The notes under the pieces are model-generated. The model saw only the letters and a program-made list of their open reading frames with translations. It had not been told where the DNA came from and did not search any database. From Phycisphaerales bacterium (GTDB lineage Bacteria; Planctomycetota; Phycisphaerae; Sedimentisphaerales; UBA12454), in assembly GCA_039679715.1 (NCBI GenBank), contig JBDKUM010000235.1:1-53177 (forward strand): DNA of 53,177 nucleotides, read 5' to 3'. Of the stretch, positions 1 to 9,258 are shown one piece after another. Within the stretch, counting starts at the first letter, position 1. Every line of letters starts with the position of its first letter. A program made the position numbers and the translations under genes.

Positions 1-255
1 GTGAAAAAAACGGAAATGGCAGCCGATAGATTTTCAGCAAAAACAATTTTATTAGGCGGGGGAGTTGCCGCAAATACTTTATTGCGAACTGAACTTCAGG
101 AAATGACAAACAGAACCGGCAGAACCTTATTGGTTGCTCCGAAAAAATACTGCACAGATAACGCTGTTATGATTGCGTCATTGGCATATCATAAATTCAA
201 AGCGGGCATGTTCGCTGATATGTCGCTCGAAGCAAAAGCCGGCAGCGACGATTAA
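1..255 (+). CDS. tsaD: tRNA N6-adenosine threonylcarbamoyltransferase TsaD, C-terminal part (5' end outside window)
   Basis: GGGVAAN and YCTDNAVMIA motifs typical of the TsaD/Kae1 C-terminus. Confidence 0.9.
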   Translation: MKKTEMAADRFSAKTILLGGGVAANTLLRTELQEMTNRTGRTLLVAPKKYCTDNAVMIASLAYHKFKAGMFADMSLEAKAGSDD

Positions 256-262
256 ATAAAAA

Positions 263-333
263 AGGGCGAACACATGGGTTCGCCCCTACAAAACACATTC
301 AAGGTATGTAGGGGCAGACCCATGTGTCTGCCC
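263..333. repeat. GTAG-type REP palindrome pair (family A)
   Basis: gggcgaacacatgggttcgcccctaca and tgtaggggcagacccatgtgtctgccc between convergent genes; same units at 4794-4846. Confidence 0.85.
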
Positions 334-344
334 AGTATAATTAT

Positions 345-1874
345 TTAAAACACCGGTTTCCAGCCGAGAACATACGCCGGATTGCTGTAATTTGCGATTA
401 TCCCCGCATCTTTGTCTTTTCCAAGTTGTCTGGAAACAGGACTTCTCTTGCTGACATCCGCTGGTTGTCCATCGCTTAGATTTGTGCTGTTATATTCCCA
501 ATAATGGACTTTTGCTGTATCGCCGCCAACTTCTCCCCATCCTTGCGGACTTATGCCCTGCAATTGGCAATTCAAAAGTACCGCTTCGCAGTTAGGATAA
601 TCTTTGCCATGATTTGTCGGTGCTCTTGCTATTTCAGTTTCGCCATACAAAGTTTTAAATTTGCAGTTTGAAAATACAAAGCCGTGATTTGCCGAAGTAT
701 TGCGAACCCACATATAGCAACCGCCGGTTGAAACCAGCTGGCAATCTTTAAAAAACGCCGGCCCGCGTCCAAGAATAATATCCATATCGCCGGTAATTTT
801 CGTATTCATGATGTACGCCGAGCCGTTCACCTGCAGCGCATCGCCTGAACCTATTATGTTCATATTGCTTAACAGATTTTGCTGTCCCATTAAGAGCAGA
901 CCTTCGGCCTGACCTTTCCTTAAATTTTTGATCGTAAAATTAATCAGCCGAATTCCTTTAGAATTATCGCCCATGAACACGGCTCTGCGGGATGGAAATG
1001 TTCCCGCCATTTCGTTCGTCGCGACATTTACAGGATGTGGATTAAAAACTTCATTATTCGCATAGCATACGATAGTTTTGTTCCTGTCTTCACCGAGAAA
1101 AGTAATGTTCGTTTTATTCCTGAAATAAACTATTTCTTCATAAGTACCGTTTTTTATGAATATAGTCATTCGATTAAGGTTTTTATCCGGCACAAAATCG
1201 ACCGCGCCCTGCACTGTGCTGAAATCACCGCTGCCATCTGAAGCGACTACCAGCTGTTTAAAATTTTTCGAAGGTGGTGACTTTTTTGTTGAGAATGTCC
1301 AGTTTCTTTCTGAAATACCATGAAACCGTTTTTCACCGATTCTAAAAACTTCCGCATCGATTTGTACATAATATGTTTTACCATATTCCAGCAAATTATT
1401 ATGCGGATAAATTGTCGCGGTTCTTCCGCGAATGATTACCGGATAGAAATGAAAACCATCGCTAAAGCCGCCGATAATTGTAAGTTGATAATTGCTCGGC
1501 GTCGCAACTGCGGTGCCTGACGGCGTGCCGGGCTTTGTGTTGGCGTTTGTGCAATGTTTGGCAGAAACATAATTATATGGTTTTGCCGCATACGGCACCC
1601 GCGCATTATTCTTAATAATCGGCCCTGCGGGAATGCTCATATCCAGTACGTCAACAAGCCGGTCATCCGCCGCGTCGTAGATACGAATCAATCCCGATTT
1701 TCCAAGTTTTGGTTTGCCTGCGAATGTAAGGACAAGATGAGTATCGGGATTCACATCGACAGAGTTGCTTTCCGGAAAAAATGAAACGTTTGAAGTCTGC
1801 CGGCCTGCGCTGTCGGCGAAAGAAAATGCGGGAACCAAACTTAACAAAACTACGAACAATCCGATGTGTTTCAT
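345..1874 (-). CDS. Secreted pectinesterase (CE8)-family protein with N-terminal Ig-like domain
   Basis: Signal peptide MKHIGLFVVLL; VASDGSGDFSTVQGAVD, IKNGTYEE, DIILGRG and YWEYNS motifs; start moved to ATG 1874 after RBS AAAGGGAG. Confidence 0.8.
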   Translation of the reverse strand: MKHIGLFVVLLSLVPAFSFADSAGRQTSNVSFFPESNSVDVNPDTHLVLTFAGKPKLGKSGLIRIYDAADDRLVDVLDMSIPAGPIIKNNARVPYAAKPYNYVSAKHCTNANTKPGTPSGTAVATPSNYQLTIIGGFSDGFHFYPVIIRGRTATIYPHNNLLEYGKTYYVQIDAEVFRIGEKRFHGISERNWTFSTKKSPPSKNFKQLVVASDGSGDFSTVQGAVDFVPDKNLNRMTIFIKNGTYEEIVYFRNKTNITFLGEDRNKTIVCYANNEVFNPHPVNVATNEMAGTFPSRRAVFMGDNSKGIRLINFTIKNLRKGQAEGLLLMGQQNLLSNMNIIGSGDALQVNGSAYIMNTKITGDMDIILGRGPAFFKDCQLVSTGGCYMWVRNTSANHGFVFSNCKFKTLYGETEIARAPTNHGKDYPNCEAVLLNCQLQGISPQGWGEVGGDTAKVHYWEYNSTNLSDGQPADVSKRSPVSRQLGKDKDAGIIANYSNPAYVLGWKPVF

Positions 1875-1942
1875 GTTCAAACTCCCTTTAAACATTGTCT
1901 ATATAAATTGTAAATCGCATTTTCCACATGTCAAATCTTTTA

Positions 1943-1971
1943 TTGACCATATCCCGATTGGGCTGTACTAT
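1943..1971 (+). promoter_or_regulatory. Sigma70-type promoter, probably giving a leaderless nnrD-aroF mRNA
   Basis: TTGACC-17-TACTAT, 6 nt before ATG 1978, no SD. Confidence 0.65.
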
Positions 1972-1977
1972 ATTGTT

Positions 1978-2841
1978 ATGAAAGTGATAAAAAATGTACC
2001 AAAACTCAAGGAAAGACTCCCGCAAGCCCACAAAGGCGATTTCGGCAAAATCTGCATTATCGCCGGCAGTCTGGGCTTCAGCGGCGCAGCCGTTCTGGCG
2101 GGCAAAAGCGCTCTTCGCAGCGGTTCGGGGCTTGTCCGCATTGCTGTCCCCGCGGGCATTCTGCCGATAATCGCTTCACTTGAGCCATGCTACACGACCA
2201 TTCCGCTCGCACAGGATTTAGATGGAAAAATTTCCGCCAAAGCGGTCGATACGATTTTAAATGCGATTAGCGAAAATGATTGTTTGGCTTTCGGCCCGGG
2301 CGTTGGTGTTTCAGGTGGAATCAAAACCATACTTGAAGCTTTGCTGCGAATCGAAGGTCTAAGATTGATGATTGATGCCGATGGCTTGAATAATCTTTCG
2401 ATGTTGAAAGATTGGCCGAAGATTAATAAAGCAAATCTGATTCTCACACCGCATCCCGGCGAAATGAAACGGCTTTGGCAAAGTCTTATCAGAACTGAAA
2501 TGACACAAGACCGTCAGCAGACAGCTTCCGATTTCGCAAAAGAAACAAACACGACAATCGTTCTGAAAGGTCACGAAACGATTGTCGCAGATTGCGAAAA
2601 AATATACATCAATACCACCGGCAATCCCGGCATGGCAACCGCCGGCAGCGGCGATGTACTTACTGGAACCATAACATCTCTTTGCGGCCAGGGCTTAAAT
2701 AATTTCGATGCAGCGGTTTTGGGCGTTTATATTCACGGTTTGGCCGGCGATTTAGCCGCCGCGGAAAAAGGCCAGACAAGTCTTATCGCAACAGATATAA
2801 TTGATTTTTTACCTGCCGCTTTTAAAACATCCGGAGTTTAA
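1978..2841 (+). CDS. nnrD: NAD(P)H-hydrate dehydratase
   Basis: HKGDFG, IDADGLN, LTPHPGEM, VLKG and GMATAGSGDVLTG motifs; real start MKVIK at 1978. Confidence 0.92.
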   Translation: MKVIKNVPKLKERLPQAHKGDFGKICIIAGSLGFSGAAVLAGKSALRSGSGLVRIAVPAGILPIIASLEPCYTTIPLAQDLDGKISAKAVDTILNAISENDCLAFGPGVGVSGGIKTILEALLRIEGLRLMIDADGLNNLSMLKDWPKINKANLILTPHPGEMKRLWQSLIRTEMTQDRQQTASDFAKETNTTIVLKGHETIVADCEKIYINTTGNPGMATAGSGDVLTGTITSLCGQGLNNFDAAVLGVYIHGLAGDLAAAEKGQTSLIATDIIDFLPAAFKTSGV

Positions 2842-2843
2842 CA

Positions 2844-3863
2844 ATGATTGTAATTATGAAACAAGGCGCTTCCCAGCAGGATGTTGCCAACGTAGTAAAA
2901 CTTGTAAATGAATATGGCTTGAAAGAGCATGTTATCGTCGGCACCAACCGCACGGTCATCGCATGTCTAGGCGATAAACGCAATGTCGATAAAGGCGCAA
3001 TTGAACATGCGTCGAATGTCGAACGCATAGTTCCGATTCTCGCACCATATAAAATCGCTTCACGCGAAGTAAAAAAAGAAAACACGCAAATAAAAATCGG
3101 CGACAAAGCTTTTCCGCTTGGCGGCCCGAAGGTCGGCATCATTGCAGGCCCATGTTCAGTCGAAAATGAAAAGCAGCTTTTGTACACCGCAGATAAAGTC
3201 GCCGCCGCAGGCTGCATCGGCCTTCGCGCAGGTGCGTTTAAACCTCGAACAAGCCCGTATGCTTTCCAGGGCCTTGGCATTGAAGGTTTGAAGTTGTTAG
3301 CTAAAGCGAAAAAGAACACAGGCCTCGCGGTCGTTACCGAAGTTGTCGCCGTTGAGCATATCGAGATTGTCGCCGAGTACGTCGATGTGCTTCAGGTCGG
3401 CGCACGAAATATGCAGCACTATCCATTGCTTGAAGCTCTGGGCAAAGTCAAAAAACCTGTTCTGCTCAAACGCGGCATGAGCGCCCAGCTCGATGAATTT
3501 CTGCTCGCCGCCGAATATATCATCAACGCCGGCAACACGCAGGTAATTCTCTGCGAACGCGGCATCAGGACTTTCGAAGATTATGTCCGCAACACATTGG
3601 CTCTTGCGATAGTGCCGGAGTTGAAAAGCAAAACACATTTGCCGGTTGTCGTCGACCCTTCGCACGGCACAGGTCATTCGCATTTGATTCCCGCAATGTG
3701 CAGGGCAGCGATTGCCGCCGGTGCAGATGGTCTGCTAATCGAATGCCACCACGATCCGCAGCATGCGTTAAGTGACGGCGCGCAATCGATAACGCCCGAA
3801 GCGCTTGAACAATTAATGAAGCAGATTAAAGCAATTGCAAAAGCAATCGACCGCGACGTGTAA
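2844..3863 (+). CDS. aroF: DAHP synthase (type I-beta, N-terminal regulatory domain)
   Basis: [36 protein letters not shown] and VDPSH motifs. Confidence 0.93.
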   Translation: MIVIMKQGASQQDVANVVKLVNEYGLKEHVIVGTNRTVIACLGDKRNVDKGAIEHASNVERIVPILAPYKIASREVKKENTQIKIGDKAFPLGGPKVGIIAGPCSVENEKQLLYTADKVAAAGCIGLRAGAFKPRTSPYAFQGLGIEGLKLLAKAKKNTGLAVVTEVVAVEHIEIVAEYVDVLQVGARNMQHYPLLEALGKVKKPVLLKRGMSAQLDEFLLAAEYIINAGNTQVILCERGIRTFEDYVRNTLALAIVPELKSKTHLPVVVDPSHGTGHSHLIPAMCRAAIAAGADGLLIECHHDPQHALSDGAQSITPEALEQLMKQIKAIAKAIDRDV

Positions 3864-3865
3864 AA

Positions 3866-3955
3866 AAATAACCAAATTTCAATTTCCAAATTCCAATATT
3901 TATCCTGGTTATTGATTATTAATTGTGATTTGTTTCTTGGTTATTGGTTATTTAT
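3866..3955. repeat. Degenerate 7-bp tandem repeats in inverted arrangement
   Basis: aaataacc/aaatttc/aaattcc arm facing ttggtta-ttggtta arm; similar block at 15203-15277. Confidence 0.6.
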
Positions 3956-4015
3956 TAAACTGTGCCGAATGCACTCCACAATTTTGATTTTTGCATTAAG
4001 ATATTTTTAGTATTA

Positions 4016-4067
4016 CAGTGTAAATCTGTGTTAATCCGTGTCTTAAAAAACCGTGTAAATTTGTGTC
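4016..4067 (-). repeat. 9-bp-period tandem repeat element (ACACGGATT family)
   Basis: Reverse complement closely matches 27098-27148; related copy at 30386-30438. Confidence 0.8.
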
Positions 4068-4703
4068 TTAAGTCAGTTCTACTGACCAGTATGCATGGTC
4101 GAGGAATTGTTTCCAGCTATGATACCTTTCGTGTGAAAGGTGCAGGTGAACAGTAGGATTGCGTTTCGGTTTGACAGGCACTTTAATCAGCGTCATATTC
4201 GCTTCTTTCGGCGTTCTGCCGCCTTTTTTCGCGTTACATTTCGTACACGCGCAAACTAAATTTTCCCATGTCGCAGCGCCGCCGGAACTTTTGGGAATGA
4301 CATGATCGAGAGATAATTCAGAAGTGGGGAATTTTTTACCGCAATATTGACAGCGATTGCTGTCGCGAGCGAAAACATTTCGCCTGTTAAACTTTACATC
4401 ATTGCGGGGAAGTCTGTCATAAAACAGCAGCCGCACGATTCTCGGAACCGCGATATTAAAATTGACCGTCGTAATCCAATCGTGCGCATTAGGCTCAAAC
4501 GTCAGTTTCATTGCGCTGATATCGCGCCAGCTTTCAAAATCGTAATTATAATATTGGCCTTGTTCGTAGGAAATGACTTCGGCAAGATCTCTGCAGAGCA
4601 GGCAAAGCGCCCGCTTGACATTTACAATGCGCAGCGGCATGTAGTGTTTGTTCAGAACAAGCACACTGCACGTTAAACCAAAATTTGGTTCTGCAAGTAA
4701 CAT
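4068..4703 (-). CDS. HNH endonuclease (McrA-like)
   Basis: VLVLN N-terminus; RD..CQYCG, LDHVIPKSSGG, WENLVCACTKCNAKKG. Confidence 0.9.
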   Translation of the reverse strand: MLLAEPNFGLTCSVLVLNKHYMPLRIVNVKRALCLLCRDLAEVISYEQGQYYNYDFESWRDISAMKLTFEPNAHDWITTVNFNIAVPRIVRLLFYDRLPRNDVKFNRRNVFARDSNRCQYCGKKFPTSELSLDHVIPKSSGGAATWENLVCACTKCNAKKGGRTPKEANMTLIKVPVKPKRNPTVHLHLSHERYHSWKQFLDHAYWSVELT

Positions 4704-4793
4704 TATTCCTCTCGCCTGCTTTCGATGATTTAAATACCATAATCAATCGCTTTTATCAAGTAAAATTTATAGTTTTTAAATCTAAAAACCGTT

Positions 4794-4846
4794 GTAGGGG
4801 CAGACCCATGTGTCTGCCCGGGGCGAACACGCAGATTCACCCCTAC
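4794..4846. repeat. GTAG-type REP doublet (family A)
   Basis: tgtaggggcagacccatgtgtctgccc-gggcgaacacgcagattcacccctaca inverted pair. Confidence 0.85.
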
Positions 4847-4946
4847 AATACAACAAAAGTTTTTTTCCTGTGAATGGTTCAATTCTCAATTGCCAATTCT
4901 CTTTTTTTCGTTTATAAATAGCCATCAATCTTAACGGAGTGCACAA

Positions 4947-6053
4947 ATGTTTGATAAAGCGGTAAAAACAGTTTTGTTGTTAGTTTCTTTCCTTACAATC
5001 CAATGCCCGACTGTTCTTGCGGATGATGCAATTGATAATCCTTATATCGTAAATGTGCCGATTGAATCGCGTTCAATTACCGCTGAAAATCCAACCGGCG
5101 AAAAAGGCAAAGGCGGAATGACCGCCAGCAACATCGGCGTTGGCAGAAAAGGCAGAGCATTGCTGAATATCGACCCGGGTGAAAAAATCACGCTTTGTGA
5201 AATAAAAGGGCCCGCCGTCATCCGAAGAATGTGGGTTACTCTGCCATCCAAAAAAGAAAATCTTTTGGGGTTCGTAATCCGCGGCTATTGGGACGGCCAG
5301 AAAACTCCATCAATCGAAGCGCCAATCGGTTATTTCTTCGGCTCCGCTCACGGCATCACAAAAGCATATCAATCCGCCGTGCATTCCATGACCGATACCG
5401 CGGGCATGTCGATTTACTTGCAAATGCCTTTCCTCAAAAAAGCGAAATTCACAATCACAAACGAAGGCCCTGAAAAAAATGTGCCTTTCTATTATCAGGT
5501 CGATTATACGATAAATGAAAAATTATCAAACGATATCGGCCGCCTGCACGTTTCATATCATCGCGAAAATCCGACAACCCTGGGCGAAGATTTTACAATT
5601 TTATCCAAACGCACCGGCATGGGCCGTTTCATGGGTTGCGTACTTGGCATTAACAACGCTGATAACAAATGGTGGGGCGAAGGCGAAGTTAAAATGTACC
5701 TCGATGGCGATGAAAAATTCCCAACCATCTGCGGCACAGGCACCGAAGATTACATCGGCCACGCATGGGGCTTCCACAACAATGCCTTCATGTTTGGCGG
5801 CATGGCTTTTCGCGACGACAAATTATACACACTCTATCGCTGGCATTTGCCCGACCCGATTTATTGGAAAAAAGATATCCGCGTAACTCTCCAGCAAATC
5901 GGCGCCGGCGGCGTTCAGGGCGGCGGATACTACAACAAACAGGAAGACGTTACCGCAGCTGCATTCTGGTATGAACCGATCCCGAGCGCACCTTTGCCCG
6001 AATTTGCCGATTACAAAACCCGCATCGCTCCCGGCTACACGCTCGCGGAATAA
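4947..6053 (+). CDS. DUF2961 / GH172-family glycoside hydrolase, secreted
   Basis: Signal peptide; WWGEGEVKMYLDG, GTGTEDY and YRWHLPDPI motifs. Confidence 0.85.
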   Translation: MFDKAVKTVLLLVSFLTIQCPTVLADDAIDNPYIVNVPIESRSITAENPTGEKGKGGMTASNIGVGRKGRALLNIDPGEKITLCEIKGPAVIRRMWVTLPSKKENLLGFVIRGYWDGQKTPSIEAPIGYFFGSAHGITKAYQSAVHSMTDTAGMSIYLQMPFLKKAKFTITNEGPEKNVPFYYQVDYTINEKLSNDIGRLHVSYHRENPTTLGEDFTILSKRTGMGRFMGCVLGINNADNKWWGEGEVKMYLDGDEKFPTICGTGTEDYIGHAWGFHNNAFMFGGMAFRDDKLYTLYRWHLPDPIYWKKDIRVTLQQIGAGGVQGGGYYNKQEDVTAAAFWYEPIPSAPLPEFADYKTRIAPGYTLAE

Positions 6054-6067
6054 CAAAACGTACTACT

Positions 6068-6103
6068 ATCATTTCGAACGATGTGAAACGAAGTAGAGAA
6101 ATC
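6068..6103 (+). repeat. REP-like element (TCATTTCGA...GAGAAATC subfamily)
   Basis: Same ends as 18702-18748 (+), 13863-13898 (-) and 48593-48647 (-). Confidence 0.6.
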
Positions 6104-6169
6104 ATTTAATTTAGTTTCACGAAGTGAATCTTTATTGGATGTTCATGTTGAGCGTTCGATGTTGAACGT

Positions 6170-7327
6170 TCAAATTTCTCTTTTCACTCCATCTTTACCG
6201 TATTTCTTTTTGATTTTATCGAAAACTTCATCAATTTTTTTCTGCTTATTATCCACCGGCTCTGTAAAGAGTAATTTTTGTCCGCCGCCTTCGTGCGACA
6301 ACCCGCCGACACCGAATCCCAATAATCGCAGCTCTCCGCCTTGGGTTTCGTACCATTGCTCAAAAACTTTTTTTGCTTCCTGCCATAAAACTTTGCTGAT
6401 GTTTGTTGGTATTTCAAACGTATGACTTCTCGTTACCGTCCTGAAATTTTTATAACGTAATTTGAGCGTAATGGTTTTGCCTTCAACCTTATCTTCACGC
6501 AGCCTTGCCGCTACTTCCTCAACCTGATTAAAGAGTACCGAAAGCAGAAACTCTTTATCGCTGATATCGCGTGCAAACGTCTCTTCCGCCGACATTCTTT
6601 TTGCGTCTCTGAAAGGTTCTACTTCTCTGTCGTCGATTCCTTGTGCGAGCAGGAGTAAATCTTCAGCCTGGTTACCCATGACAGTCTGCAAAGTCTTTAA
6701 AGACGTTTTACGAAGCTGCTGTATTGTATTTATGCCGATTTTATTTAAAGCCGCCTCCGTAACTTTCCCGACTCCCCAGATTTTAGAAACGTTCAGAGGG
6801 TCAAGAATCTGCTGCTTGTTTTCCTTTGTGATAATTACAAAACCGTCCGGCTTTTGCAAATCACTGGCGAGCTTTGCCAGAAATTTATTTGGGGCGATCC
6901 CCACCGATGCAGTCAGGCCGGTCTCATTTTTGATTCGTGTTTTTATTTCGCGTCCGATTTTTTCAGCCGAACCGAAAAGAGCCGTAGACCCGCTGACATC
7001 AAGAAAGGCTTCATCCAGTGAAAGCTGCTCGACATCAGGCGTGAAGTCGTGAAAAATGCCCATGATTTGTTTTGATAATTGACTGTATCTTTCCATTCGC
7101 ACCGGAACTAAAATTACATTCGGGTAAAGTTTAAGTGCCTGCGTAGTGGGCATAGCCGAATGAATTCCGAATTTGCGTGCCTCATAAGATGCCGCCGCCA
7201 CAACTCCTCGCTGCTCAACAGTCCCTCCGACAATCACCGGCTTTCCCTTAAGCGATGGATTGTCCATCTGTTCGACAGATGCGTAAAACGCATCCATATC
7301 AACATGCAAAATATATCTTGTCTGCAT
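6170..7327 (-). CDS. dinB: DNA polymerase IV
   Basis: HVDMDAFYASVE, SYEAR, SLDEAFLD and NKFLAKLASD motifs. Confidence 0.95.
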   Translation of the reverse strand: MQTRYILHVDMDAFYASVEQMDNPSLKGKPVIVGGTVEQRGVVAAASYEARKFGIHSAMPTTQALKLYPNVILVPVRMERYSQLSKQIMGIFHDFTPDVEQLSLDEAFLDVSGSTALFGSAEKIGREIKTRIKNETGLTASVGIAPNKFLAKLASDLQKPDGFVIITKENKQQILDPLNVSKIWGVGKVTEAALNKIGINTIQQLRKTSLKTLQTVMGNQAEDLLLLAQGIDDREVEPFRDAKRMSAEETFARDISDKEFLLSVLFNQVEEVAARLREDKVEGKTITLKLRYKNFRTVTRSHTFEIPTNISKVLWQEAKKVFEQWYETQGGELRLLGFGVGGLSHEGGGQKLLFTEPVDNKQKKIDEVFDKIKKKYGKDGVKREI

Positions 7328-7449
7328 GACGGTAATTATACCCCATTGAATTTTTGGACAAAGCTATTTTTACCGAAAAGTGGTAGTATCTTAATGGCTA
7401 TAGAAAAAGCGCGCACTTTATTTGGAGAATAAAATCGGAGGAAATGATT

Positions 7450-7653
7450 TTACTTTATCAGTTGAACGTTTTCAGCGCGTGGGCCTTTGTCGCCTGCACC
7501 TATTTCAAAGCTGACTTTATCGCCTTCGTTGAGAACTTTTAAAGATTTCTCTTTAAAGCCTGTATGGTGAACAAAAATATCCGGCTGACCTTTGCCGTCT
7601 ATAAAACCATAACCCTTTTTAGGGTCAAACCATTTAACAATTCCCTCTGCCAT
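7450..7653 (-). CDS. Cold-shock protein
   Basis: GIVKWFDPKKGYGFI (RNP1), DIFVHH (RNP2), KGPRAENV; start MAEG at 7653. Confidence 0.92.
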   Translation of the reverse strand: MAEGIVKWFDPKKGYGFIDGKGQPDIFVHHTGFKEKSLKVLNEGDKVSFEIGAGDKGPRAENVQLIK

Positions 7654-7715
7654 GGGAAATTCCTTTAAATATATGAGCAATCGACTGACTTTTGTCGATT
7701 GTTACGATAATAAAA

Positions 7716-8039
7716 TTATGCCTGTGTTGCTTCTGAGCCGTTATTGTCGTCATCATCAACGCCAAGCTTTTCTTTCATCAGACGGCCCATTTTAAACTTT
7801 ACTGTACGTTTAGATGGTACTTCAACTCTTTCCAGAGTCTTGGGATTTTGTGCTACGCGTGCTTCGCGAGTTCTTACTTCAAACACTCCGAAGTCACGGA
7901 ATTCCAAACGGTTATTTCCAATAAGCTCGGAAATTATTTCGTCAAGAAACGATTGAACAACACGTTTTACTACAACTCTTTTAGCTTGTGTCTGTTCTGC
8001 TATCCTGTCAATTAATTCTTTCTTCGTTACTGTTCCCAT
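7716..8039 (-). CDS. HU/IHF-family DNA-binding protein
   Basis: TKKEL, EFRDFGVFEVR, AQNPKT and VKFK motifs. Confidence 0.92.
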   Translation of the reverse strand: MGTVTKKELIDRIAEQTQAKRVVVKRVVQSFLDEIISELIGNNRLEFRDFGVFEVRTREARVAQNPKTLERVEVPSKRTVKFKMGRLMKEKLGVDDDDNNGSEATQA

Positions 8040-8343
8040 TAGAGTACCTCGTACAGAGAGTTATAATATTTTTTAAGCTGCATTAGGCTGCAATACACTA
8101 AATTATTTCTATTATTTTTTGCACTTATTCGTCAACAAATTCATCAAAACTAGATACCTTTTTATTCGACAAACCTTATTGCACTTAAGAGCAATTTTAT
8201 TATTAAAAATAAACCGCAAACCACTATACAGCAAAGACTTCTAACCATCAAGTAATTTTTCAATTTTTTTAAGCCAAATACTTAAAATTGCCCTTAATGA
8301 GTTTGAAACTGACAAAAATTCTAAGGTGAAAACGGTATATCCA

Positions 8344-8372
8344 TTGACTAATTTGCGCAAATAGGCCATAAT
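8344..8372 (+). promoter_or_regulatory. Sigma70-type promoter for the NfnAB-like operon
   Basis: TTGACT-17-CATAAT; RBS GAAAGG before TTG 8410. Confidence 0.65.
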
Positions 8373-8409
8373 CCGCTTTCCGAAAAAAAAGATAGAAAGG
8401 CGATGTAAA

Positions 8410-9258
8410 TTGTCACATAAGATATTGTCTAAAAAGAACTTAAGTAAGGATGTCTTTATCGCGGATATTGAAGCCCCGCTGGTCGCTTCGGCAGCTAAAG
8501 CAGGGCAATTTGTAATTGTTTGTCTCAAAACATCTTATAGCGAGCGCATACCTCTTACCATAGCAGGAACTGACCTTAAGAATGGCACAATCCGGCTTGT
8601 CTGGCAGGCGATAGGCAAAAGTACTGTTGAATTAGGCAATATGCAGGTTGGCGATGAAGTTGAAAACATCCTCGGCCCGCTTGGCAAACCGACCCATATT
8701 GAAAAATTCGGTACAGTTCTTTGCGTTGGCGGAGGCATCGGCAACGCTCCTCTGCTTCCAATCGCCAAGGCCATGAAAGAAGCGGGCAATAAAGTTATAA
8801 GTATACTGGGAGCAAGAAATAAAGAGCTTTTGATTCTTGAAGATGATTTCAAAACCATTAGCGATGAACTTATTATAGTAACAGATGATGGCTCTTACGG
8901 TCGTAAAGCAGTCGTTACCGTCCCGCTTGACGAGATTTGCCAGAGAGAGAAAGTCGATCTGGTTGTCGCCATAGGCCCGACAATAATGATGAAATTCGCA
9001 AGTCTGGCAGCAGCCAAACATAACGTTCACGTTGTCGTATCTCTTAATACTATAATGATTGACGGTACAGGTATGTGCGGCGGATGTCGCGTTGAAGTCG
9101 GCGGAAAAACAAAATTCGTTTGCGTTGACGGCCCTGAATTCGACGGCCGGCAGGTCAATTTCGATTTAATGATGAAAAGAATGCAGGCATATAAAAAACA
9201 GGAACAGCAGGCTCTGGAACAATATAAACATAAATGCAAAATTGGACTTGAGAAATAA
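8410..9258 (+). CDS. NfnA/SudB-like FAD- and [2Fe-2S]-binding subunit
   Basis: ERIPLTI, GPLG, GGGIG, MIDGTGMCGGCRV and CVDGPEF motifs. Confidence 0.9.
   Translation: MSHKILSKKNLSKDVFIADIEAPLVASAAKAGQFVIVCLKTSYSERIPLTIAGTDLKNGTIRLVWQAIGKSTVELGNMQVGDEVENILGPLGKPTHIEKFGTVLCVGGGIGNAPLLPIAKAMKEAGNKVISILGARNKELLILEDDFKTISDELIIVTDDGSYGRKAVVTVPLDEICQREKVDLVVAIGPTIMMKFASLAAAKHNVHVVVSLNTIMIDGTGMCGGCRVEVGGKTKFVCVDGPEFDGRQVNFDLMMKRMQAYKKQEQQALEQYKHKCKIGLEK

Noticed and set aside
1765-1977. N-terminal extensions of nnrD (likewise nifU from 29465, rlmN from 40265, scaffold from 51113)
   Set aside because: They overlap another gene, promoters or repeats; downstream starts fit family N-termini and RBS or promoter positions.
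4068-4703. HNH as a defence, homing or phage packaging nuclease
   Set aside because: Solitary, no methylase or intron context, 45 kb from the head genes, and it resembles a widespread stand-alone HNH family.
7328-7400. LexA/SOS box upstream of dinB
   Set aside because: No recognisable LexA-type palindrome seen.
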